Assembly (NCBI GenBank): GCA_007130825.1
Contig: SLRT01000060.1
Span: 1 to 61,006, forward strand
Direction: 5' to 3'
From: Syntrophomonadaceae bacterium
GTDB lineage: Bacteria; Bacillota; Dethiobacteria; DTU022
DNA length: 61,006 nucleotides
The position numbers and the translations under genes are program-made. A model generated the notes under the pieces. It did no database searches. It saw only the letters and a program-made list of their open reading frames with translations, and was not told the DNA's origin. Below, piece by piece: positions 47,157-55,800 of the stretch. How positions within the stretch are numbered: the stretch's first letter is position 1; every line of letters begins with the position of its first letter.

Positions 47157-47615
47157 ATGAAAATATTAGTATGTACGGATGGTTCGGAGCAAAGCCAAAA
47201 AGCCTTAGAAAAGGCTGCCGTAATCGCTGAAGGATGTAATGTTGATGAAGTAGCCATAATTTATGTTTATGAAGACAAATTGGATTTTTCTCCTTTAAGA
47301 CACAATGGAGAATCGACCATAACAGAAGAAGACATAGAGCGATTTAGAAAGCTTAACGAGGAACATAAAGAAGAAAGGAAAAAGATCTTATCAGAAGCCT
47401 TAAAAATATTTGAAGGAAAAAATATCACCACGCGTACAATTTTTGAAGAAGGTCATCCGGCCCATACTATTGTTAATATAGGCTGCGATGAAGGATTTGA
47501 CATGATTGTTGTCGGCAGCAGGGGGAGGGGTGGTTTGAAAAAAGCGTTTCTGGGCAGTGTAAGCAGCGCTGTAGTTCAAGAAGCGAAAAATTGCAGTGTA
47601 CTGACAGTAAAGTAA
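47157..47615 (+). CDS. Universal stress protein (UspA family)
   Basis: MKILVCTDGSE.S.KAL..A, G.PA..IV, DMIVVGSRG.GG....FLGSVS..VV. Confidence 0.93.
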   Translation: MKILVCTDGSEQSQKALEKAAVIAEGCNVDEVAIIYVYEDKLDFSPLRHNGESTITEEDIERFRKLNEEHKEERKKILSEALKIFEGKNITTRTIFEEGHPAHTIVNIGCDEGFDMIVVGSRGRGGLKKAFLGSVSSAVVQEAKNCSVLTVK

Positions 47616-47777
47616 GAATTTAGGATGACAGCAGGTTGATTCTGATCGAGCGCTTTCCATTTTACAGCCACTGTTACCGGTGTCATTAACCCGGTTCTGC
47701 ATTGTGGTTGTAAATTTATTTGAAGCATTCGACATTAAAAGGAATCCTTAACAGCCTAAAAAGTTTCGAAAGCGGGC

Positions 47778-48164
47778 CTAAATTAAACCTCTCACCAAGA
47801 ATACTATCCCGATAAGCAATAATAATATCGAAATAGGGCCGGTTACGATCATAAACAGCTTGGAATCTGAAATTCGATGTGAACCAATCCAGGCAAAATC
47901 TGCAGGCCCTCTCATTACAGCACCCCAGTAGTTCAACGTGATACCACTTACAAGGGCCGCGCCGCCTAAACCCCAAAGAGCGCTGCCGGCAATCGCGCTG
48001 AGGATTATCCCAAAAACACCACCAAGCGGGCCGAGTGGAAGCAAATCAAAAAGCAGTAAGAGTCCTACGGCCAGGGCATAGGAAATTGGCGGCAAATCAA
48101 GTAAAAAAAAGGCAAAAGTAAAGACGGCAATTGATAATCCGAATAAGAGTAATTTACCAAACAC
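47778..48164 (-). CDS. Hypothetical small multi-pass membrane protein
   Basis: GTG start after GGAGG; 128 aa, highly hydrophobic with Gly-rich helices. Confidence 0.65.
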   Translation of the reverse strand: MFGKLLLFGLSIAVFTFAFFLLDLPPISYALAVGLLLLFDLLPLGPLGGVFGIILSAIAGSALWGLGGAALVSGITLNYWGAVMRGPADFAWIGSHRISDSKLFMIVTGPISILLLLIGIVFLVRGLI

Positions 48165-48334
48165 TGTGTTTTCCTCCCCTCATTTAGTAGACCTGGTAGT
48201 TATACCTGAATATTCTTTATTATGAATATGTAAAGCTCCTGCCTGTCTGCAGTATATGCTTTTTTCTGTCCTGGTATTACAGGCAAAGCTGATCGAAATA
48301 GGAAGCCGGTTACTTTCCAGATGGCGGGAAATCT

Positions 48335-49570
48335 TTAAGACAGGCGGTTAAAAAAATCGATGTGCTGAGCGGCGATAGCATCCCAGGTAAATTTTTCATA
48401 GACGGTTTTTAAACCGTTTTCAATAAGGTTTTTTCTTAAAGAATTATTTTTTAAGATCTTATCGATAGCCAAAGACATTTCTTCGGTGTTTTTCGGGTTA
48501 ACGGTCATGGCGTCTTTATCATGATTAAGAAAATGCCTGATCCCACCAAGCGAGGTGACCACAACAGGAGTGCCGCAGGCCATAGCCTCGATTACTGTCA
48601 TACCGAAGGGCTCAAAGCGGGAAGATAGAACAAAGACCCTGGCGTTGCGGTAATAAGGGGCCATCAACTCGTCGGGAACGTAACCTGGCAGTAAAACCCG
48701 GTCCTGCAAATTATAGCTTGTGGCTATCTCCATAAGTTCATTTTTAAGATCGATTTCCGGCTGTTTTGGATTTTTGGAACCGCCGCCGATTACCAGGCAA
48801 AGGTCAGGATTTTCAGGAGCAAGAAGGGCAAAGGAGTGGACCAGTAAATCAAATCCTTTGTTATGATCTATCCGGGCCAGGGCCAGAATATAGTTTTCAG
48901 GCAGGCCTGTTTCAGGTTCGTTTTCTCCTTCCTGAAGCGGGTGAAAAACTTCTATATCCACTCCCGGAGGTATGATGACCATGTTTTCATTTTCAAAATC
49001 ATAATAATGTTTGTAATTATCATACTCGGCCTGACTGGTCGCTGTAATGCCGCGGGCATGCTGAAAGATAACTTTTTCCCGGGCTATTCGCTCTTCAAAA
49101 TGAAACATTTCTTCAGCTCCGCTAACATCCTTGAACCTTTCTTTTTTCCAGGCGCCCAGAGAATGAGAAGTATGCACAAACCAGTGGTTAAAGCGGGCTG
49201 CGATTTTCATGGCCACATAACCGGCATCCCAGTAATGTGAATGAAATATATCGTATTCCAGGCCGTTTTTGACAATATAGCGCTCCATATTATCCACCAG
49301 TTCATCCAGGACAGGCAACAGTTCTTCTTTCGGTATAAATTCGTCCGACCCGGCGGGTATCCGGACAACGCGCACATCTTCATTTACCGCTTCTTCCGGT
49401 AATCTTCCTTCAAAATTGCGGGTAAAAATATCGACCTTGTAACCTTCCCTCCGGGCCAGGGCCTTGGCCAGTTCAAGCACATATACCACCTGACCGCCCG
49501 TATCAGTTGCCCCGAGCAAAGGTTTGGGGTCAAAATATCCGTGCACACTTAACATAGCAACTCGTTTCAT
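48335..49570 (-). CDS. GT4 glycosyltransferase, mannosylfructose-phosphate/sucrose-phosphate synthase-like
   Basis: S.HGY....P.LG..DTGGQVVYVLELA, VD..TR, VRIP.G..FIPKE.L, HSHYWDAG, HT.HSLG.WK, EPFGMT.IEAMACGTP. ATG at 49570 after AAAGGAG. Confidence 0.85.
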   Translation of the reverse strand: MKRVAMLSVHGYFDPKPLLGATDTGGQVVYVLELAKALARREGYKVDIFTRNFEGRLPEEAVNEDVRVVRIPAGSDEFIPKEELLPVLDELVDNMERYIVKNGLEYDIFHSHYWDAGYVAMKIAARFNHWFVHTSHSLGAWKKERFKDVSGAEEMFHFEERIAREKVIFQHARGITATSQAEYDNYKHYYDFENENMVIIPPGVDIEVFHPLQEGENEPETGLPENYILALARIDHNKGFDLLVHSFALLAPENPDLCLVIGGGSKNPKQPEIDLKNELMEIATSYNLQDRVLLPGYVPDELMAPYYRNARVFVLSSRFEPFGMTVIEAMACGTPVVVTSLGGIRHFLNHDKDAMTVNPKNTEEMSLAIDKILKNNSLRKNLIENGLKTVYEKFTWDAIAAQHIDFFNRLS

Positions 49571-49599
49571 CGATTTATTAGCTCCTTTCTCTTCCATGG

Positions 49600-49627
49600 T
49601 GGATCATGATGGATGGATCATGATGGA
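49600..49627. repeat. 14-bp tandem duplication
   Basis: TGGATCATGATGGA twice in the intergenic region. Confidence 0.8.
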
Positions 49628-49674
49628 TGTTGAAATGTTTAACCGGTGCTCTGCAGCCGCCAGGGATGTGCTGT

Positions 49675-50319
49675 TTATACGGCATTTTCGTTTTCCGGCG
49701 GAGGTATGATAATATCTGCTAATTTTTTGTGTTCAGAAATGATCTCATGTTCAATAGAAAGTACTTTTTCCAGAAAAGCGGTTGCCGAATCCCGGGAGCG
49801 CGCCAGCCTGGACTTCTTTGTCTGCCGGTAATCGCGGTTGATGAAAGCTTTCAAATCAGCATTTTTCAAGATAGTGGTATATGTGCCTTCAACAATGACA
49901 ACGGTAATCTCATCGACCGCAACAGTTTCCTCAGTAATACGGTCATCATCGAAAATTACCAGCGGCTTGGTAATAACAGCCGTGTCGCCTTTTTTTATGT
50001 CCGCAATATTTTTTTCAATGGTATCGAGTTTTACCTCCTGCGGGCCTACCCGGTTAATATTCTCCAATCTTTTATTATGGTTTGTTTTTGGCGGATACAC
50101 AAAATAATCATCCTGCTGCAGTATTAGAGCATTATTCCCCGCATCGGCACAAAGTTCGGCGAGCACTGCCGCAGTTTCAGATTTTCCACATCCTGATTCG
50201 CCGGCAACTGTAACCACAACCGGTGTTTCCAGATCTTTTAGTTTTTCTTGCAGTATTTTAAAAATAACAGCAGCGCTTTTACGATGATATTCGGTTATGA
50301 GCAACTTGTCACCGATCAT
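49675..50319 (-). CDS. Uridine kinase/phosphoribulokinase-like P-loop kinase of unknown substrate
   Basis: V.VAGESGCGKSE, I.QQDDYF, VIVEGTY. Confidence 0.75.
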   Translation of the reverse strand: MIGDKLLITEYHRKSAAVIFKILQEKLKDLETPVVVTVAGESGCGKSETAAVLAELCADAGNNALILQQDDYFVYPPKTNHNKRLENINRVGPQEVKLDTIEKNIADIKKGDTAVITKPLVIFDDDRITEETVAVDEITVVIVEGTYTTILKNADLKAFINRDYRQTKKSRLARSRDSATAFLEKVLSIEHEIISEHKKLADIIIPPPENENAV

Positions 50320-50365
50320 TTCCAGGCCCTCCGGGTGTAAAATTCATATTATACAAACAAATAAT

Positions 50366-50395
50366 TAATTCAACTAGTTGGTGCAAAAACCCTTT
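50366..50395 (-). promoter_or_regulatory. SigH-like promoter for the kinase-glycosyltransferase operon
   Basis: Minus strand AAAGGGTTT-12 nt-GTTGAATTA. Confidence 0.4.
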
Positions 50396-50460
50396 TCTAA
50401 ACGATACAAATTATTTATAGCCGTAAATATTTAACGCAGAACAAATTCATAATATTGCGG

Positions 50461-50489
50461 TTGCATTGCCGGCCGGCAATTGCTACGAT
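50461..50489 (+). promoter_or_regulatory. SigA promoter with 16-bp palindromic operator in the spacer (thiolase operon)
   Basis: TTGCAT-17 nt-TACGAT with extended TG. ATTGCCGGCCGGCAAT at 50465-50480. Confidence 0.5.
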
Positions 50490-50571
50490 ATACTACAGGT
50501 TGTAAAGATATTATATGTGGTGATGGATAATTATAGCTTTTTCCACAGCAGCATGGAAATCATGTTAATTT

Positions 50572-50600
50572 GCAGGGTATCAACGAAAACCGGCGAATAT
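50572..50600 (+). promoter_or_regulatory. SigH-like promoter upstream of thiolase
   Basis: GCAGGGTAT-11 nt-GGCGAATAT. Confidence 0.5.
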
Positions 50601-50669
50601 AATAAGTAAACGAATTTAGATCATTTGGGTGGTTTATTGGATAAATCACCCATTAATATGGAGGTCAGT

Positions 50670-51851
50670 ATGAGCAGTGAAGCTGTAATAGTCAGTGCGT
50701 TTAGAACTGCGGTAGGAACTTTCGGCGGTTCGTTGAAAAGCACAAGCGCGGTCAAACTGGGCAGCCTGGTTATAAAAGCTGCCCTTGAAAAATGCGGCAT
50801 TAAGCCGGAGCAGGTTGATGAGGTGTTGATGGGCTGTGTTCTTCAGAGCGGGCTGGGGCAAAATGTCTCCCGCCAGGCAGCTTTGAAAGCAGGTTTGCCG
50901 GTAGAAGTACCGTGTACGACCATTAATAAAGTTTGTGGTTCAGGCTTAAAAAGCATCACTACAGCCGCAACAGCAATTGCGGCCGGTGAAGCTGATATCA
51001 TTGTCGCCGGTGGAACAGAAAATATGAGCGCTTCGCCTTATGCCCTTACAGGCGCCCGCTGGGGCCAGCGAATGGGAGATGCCAGTGTTGCTGACTTGAT
51101 GATTAAAGATGGCTTGAACTGCGCTATGGGCGATTATCATATGGGAATAACAGCGGAAAATATAGCCGAAAAGTATGCTGTTACAAGAGAAATGCAGGAT
51201 AAATTTGCCCTGGCCAGCCAGGAAAAAGCTCATGCGGCCATCAAGAATGGTCGTTTCAAAGAAGAGATCGTTCCGGTTTTAGTGCCGCAGCGCAAAAAAG
51301 ATCCGCTCGTTTTTGAAGTAGATGAACACCCGCGGGTGACTTCAGCGGAGGCCCTGGCTAAACTTCGCCCGGCTTTCAAGAAAGACGGGACGGTAACAGC
51401 CGGGAATGCTTCTGGAATTAACGACAGTGCGGCTGCGGTGCTGGTTATGAGTCTCGAAAAAGCATCCGCATTGGGCTTAAAACCACTGGCTCGTATCCGC
51501 AGCTACGCTTCGGCTGGAGTTGATCCTTCTTTAATGGGAACCGGACCGATTCCGGCTACCAGCAAAGCTCTCACCCTTGCAGGCTGGTCAGTCGATGATT
51601 TAGACCTGGTTGAAGCCAACGAAGCCTTTGCCGCCCAGGCTCTGGCGGTGATAAAAGAGCTGGCATTTGATCCGGACAAAGTAAATGTTAACGGGGGAGC
51701 GATTGCCCTTGGCCACCCGATTGGAGCCAGCGGAACAAGAATATTAGTGACCTTGCTGCACGAAATGATTAAAAGGGAGTCAAAGCGTGGTTTGGCGACC
51801 CTTTGTATCGGCGGTGGTCAGGGTATCGCCTGCACTGTTGAAAGAGTTTAA
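50670..51851 (+). CDS. thlA: Acetyl-CoA acetyltransferase (thiolase)
   Basis: [37 protein letters not shown] at 50670 after GGAGG. Confidence 0.93.
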   Translation: MSSEAVIVSAFRTAVGTFGGSLKSTSAVKLGSLVIKAALEKCGIKPEQVDEVLMGCVLQSGLGQNVSRQAALKAGLPVEVPCTTINKVCGSGLKSITTAATAIAAGEADIIVAGGTENMSASPYALTGARWGQRMGDASVADLMIKDGLNCAMGDYHMGITAENIAEKYAVTREMQDKFALASQEKAHAAIKNGRFKEEIVPVLVPQRKKDPLVFEVDEHPRVTSAEALAKLRPAFKKDGTVTAGNASGINDSAAAVLVMSLEKASALGLKPLARIRSYASAGVDPSLMGTGPIPATSKALTLAGWSVDDLDLVEANEAFAAQALAVIKELAFDPDKVNVNGGAIALGHPIGASGTRILVTLLHEMIKRESKRGLATLCIGGGQGIACTVERV

Positions 51852-51872
51852 TAACAAGGAGGTTGCTTAATA

Positions 51873-52805
51873 GTGGCATTAGATATGAAGGGTAAGGATA
51901 TTATTTCAATTCATGATCTTAGCCGGGAAGCAATAGATCAGATTCTTGCTACAACCGAAATTCTTAAAATGAAGCAAAAACTCGGTGAGCTGTACCACCC
52001 ATTAAAAGGCAAGACCATGGGGATGATTTTTCAAAAATCATCAACCAGGACCAGGGTGTCTTTTGAAGTGGGCATGTGGCAGCTGGGTGGTTATGCCTTG
52101 TTTTTAAGCGCTAATGATTTACAGCTTAAGCGTGGTGAAACTATTGCCGATACGGCCAGGAACCTGAGCCGATACCTCGATGGTGTTATGATTCGTACTT
52201 ACTCCCACCAGGATCTAGTTGATTACGCCGAGTACAGTACGATCCCGGTCATTAATGGTTTGACCGATTTACTGCATCCATGCCAGGTTCTTTCTGATAT
52301 ATTTACAATCAAGGAAAAGAAACAAGTCCTGGAAGGTCTTAAGCTTGCCTATATCGGCGATGGTAACAATATGGCCCATTCCCTGATGTTTGGGACGGCA
52401 AAGACGGGTATGCACATTACTATTTGTTCTCCTTCCGGTTTTGAACCGGATCCCGAAATAACGCGATTATCGAGGTTGGATGCCGCCAAGACAGGAGCAA
52501 CTATTACTATTGAAGACGATCCTTTTCAAGCGGTTCAAAAAGCTGATATAATTTATACTGATGTCTGGACCAGCATGGGCATGGAGGATGAACAAGAACA
52601 AAGGATGCAAAGCTTCTCCCGCTACCAGGTTAATGGGGCTTTGCTTGAAAAAGCGAAAGAAGATGCTTTGGTTATGCACTGCCTTCCTGCCCACCGGGGC
52701 GAAGAAATTACCGATGAAGTTGTTGACGGTCCCCGCTCCATTGTTTTTGACCAGGCTGAAAACCGGCTGCATCTTCAAAAAGCGATTATGGCGCTGGTAA
52801 TTTAA
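51873..52805 (+). CDS. argF: Ornithine carbamoyltransferase
   Basis: STRTRVSFE, HPCQ, GDGNN, DVWTSMG, HCLP.HRG.E, QAENR. Confidence 0.93.
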   Translation: MALDMKGKDIISIHDLSREAIDQILATTEILKMKQKLGELYHPLKGKTMGMIFQKSSTRTRVSFEVGMWQLGGYALFLSANDLQLKRGETIADTARNLSRYLDGVMIRTYSHQDLVDYAEYSTIPVINGLTDLLHPCQVLSDIFTIKEKKQVLEGLKLAYIGDGNNMAHSLMFGTAKTGMHITICSPSGFEPDPEITRLSRLDAAKTGATITIEDDPFQAVQKADIIYTDVWTSMGMEDEQEQRMQSFSRYQVNGALLEKAKEDALVMHCLPAHRGEEITDEVVDGPRSIVFDQAENRLHLQKAIMALVI

Positions 52806-52857
52806 TAATCTTACCGTTAAAGTAATTTTCAACAGCATTTAAAAGTGAGAGGTTGTT

Positions 52858-55800
52858 ATGACGAAAAAAGAACAAGCTATTATACCTGCAATCAAAATCG
52901 GTCTTGATATCGGCGTTTTTTCTGCCAAGGGAGCACTGATCGAAAATGATAAAATTAAGAAAGTTAAATTCCCGACTGCGGGCCGTCCCGTTGAAGCGGC
53001 CAAGCGGTGTATTGACGAACTTGTCGGCGAAAAAAAGGATTATAAAACAGTCGGGATAGGTGTGATGGGCCAAAACTCAAAGCTGGTCGCTGAAAGCCTT
53101 GGTCTTAACCCTTTGCTGGAAATCGAAGCTCTACAGGCCGGCCTTTATCATCTGAATGTTAAAGCCGATTATGTTTTGTCACTGGGTCATGAAAACATAC
53201 ATTATCTTGAGCTGGACGAACAGGGCCAAATCAGCTACTTCAGCCGTAACGGGCAATGTGCAGCCGGCAGCGGTTCTTTTTGGTACCAGCAGGCAACCAG
53301 GATGGGTTATAACGATCGTGAACTGGCGGAAATTGCAGTAGAAGCGGAATCGGCGGTTCCTATATCGGGCCGCTGTGCTGTTTTTGCCAAATCGGACATG
53401 ACTCATGCTATCAACGAAGGAGCAACTCAAAGCGCAGTTTCGGCCGGAATGGGCAGGGCCCTGGTAGAAAACGTGGTGACCAGCGTGGCCCAAAACCGTT
53501 TCCAGGGTCCCGGCTTGCTTCTTGCCGTCGGGGGAGTGGCTAACAACCGGGCAGTTATTAAATACCTGGACGAGTTTGTGCGCAGGGAAAATATTACCTT
53601 GTCGATTCCTGAAGATCATGAGTATATCAATGCTATCGGTGCTGCCGTTAAAGGCGTCCCCATGAATTCATCGTCTATATTTAATAAAGAATTTGCAACT
53701 CCCCGATACGAGCCGGAATCCCCGCTGCCTCCGTTAAAACCGGAGCAGGTCTGTTACCTCGAAGATAATCCGTTTACCGGTAAATATGATCTTACCCGGG
53801 TTTACCTCGGCGTAGACTGCGGATCTGTATCGACAAAATGTGTCCTGATTGATAACTGCGGACGACAAATTGGTGGTGTTTACCTGCCGACAACCGGACG
53901 TCCGGCCCTGCAGGTCCTTGAACTGATGAAGCAGGTAGAAGATAAATATGGTTCCTTGATTGGCAGCGTTCCGATAGTGGCCTGCACAACCGGTTCAGGG
54001 CGGTTTTTGTCCCAAAAAATATTAAATGCGGAGTACGCCGTTGACGAAATTACCTGCCAGGCAGAAGGCATCAAAAATATTTTCAGAGATGAAGACAGCC
54101 TGTCGATTATTGAAATTGGCGGTGAAGACTCCAAATTTATTCAGCTGCATGACGGGATACTTTTCGACTACAACATGAACCCGGTCTGTGCTGCCGGAAC
54201 CGGTACTTTTTTGGAAAACCTGGCTGAACTGCTCGGGATTAAAATTAAGGAAGAGTTTTCCGCAAAAGCTTTTGCAGCCAATTATGCAGTTGATCTCGGC
54301 GATATCTGCACTCTTATCTCCCAGTCAATCCTGGCCTCTGCTTCGGCCAGGGGTCTCGCCCTGAATGAACAATTAGCCAGCCTGGCCTACTCCTCGGCAC
54401 AAAACTATCTCAGTAAAACAGTGGATAAGCGGCCTTTAACCGGGAAAATTGTTTTTGCCGGCGCCACTGCTAAAAACCATGCGTTGGCCGCTGCGCTTGC
54501 GGCCATATGTGAAAAAAACGTCTATGTACCCTCTGAGCCGGAGTTAACCGGCGCGCTTGGCAGTGCCCTGGTGGCCAGGCAGTTTCATCAGCGGGGGCAA
54601 GAAAGCAATTATTCATTTCGGGATTTAGCGGCGGTTAGCAAGTTTAACAACAGTAAAAAACCCTGTAAGGCAGAATGCAAGCATGAACATAATTGTGTGC
54701 TTAATGTAATCAGCTTTAATGATGGCAACAAGTTTATTTATGGTGACCGCTGTGGACGCTATTCCGGTATTGAAAAAAAAGAAGAACAGACCGGATTGCC
54801 CGATTATGCAGCAAAACGAAAGGAAATACTTAACCGGGCTGCAGGAGAAAGTATAAGCCAGGGTCCCCGGGTCGGAATTGCCCGCTGCGGCCTTTACTTT
54901 GATTATTTTCCTTTCTGGGCTGCTTTTTTACGCAAACTGGGCTGTTCTGTGGTGCTGTCTGAAGAAACAAGCGCAGAAACCCTGCACAAGGGTAAAATAA
55001 TGCTTGATTCAGAAATGTGTTACCCGATGAAAGTAATTATCGGTCATTACCAGGAACTGAAAGAAAAAGATCTCGATTTTATTTTTCTTCCGGAAGTGGT
55101 GAACACAGAAGAACTGCCCTGGGCTCCCCAGTGGCCCCGTTCTTTTGTTTGCCCTTTGCTCCAAACATTACGGGGCACGGTGGAAAATTCGATAAGCCTC
55201 GAACCGGAAAGAGTGCTTTATGCCCAGCTTAATTATATAGATGGTTATGAGGGTATCAAAGAACAGCTGGAGCCGCTGGCAAAAAAAATTCTCGGCGCAA
55301 ATTACAGAAAAGAACTGGTAGAGGATGCAGTACAGGAAGCCTACAGCGCCCAGGATTACTTCCGGAAAGGCATTGTTTCTGCCGGAGAAGCAATGTTTGA
55401 AGATCTTAAGCACAACCGGGATTCGGCGGCAGTGGTATTTTTAAGCCGAAGCTATACGCTTTACGATGAATTTATATCGAAAAAATCGATGCGTTATGCC
55501 CGGCAGAGCAAGTTAATGGCTGTTCCGCACGAATTTTTTACGATATATCTGCAGGCGTGGTATACAGGTGAAATTAACTCTCCATATCTTGATCCTTATC
55601 GAGATGAATTTAAAGCTTACCTTGAAGAGCATGTTAACCGAATGGAAAATATTTACCCGGCACAGCTGCAAAAAATACTTTCATCAGTTATCCTGGTTAA
55701 TTTCCTGAACAGTAAATCTGAAGAAACCGGTTTGCCGCAAATTAATATGATCTTTTTAGATCCTTTCAAATGCGGGCCCAATGCAATGCTGCGCCACTTT

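Noticed and set aside
50469-50484. Sigma-54 -24/-12 promoter (CCGGCCGGCAATTGCT)
   Set aside because: The GG-to-GC spacing is one base short of the strict requirement.
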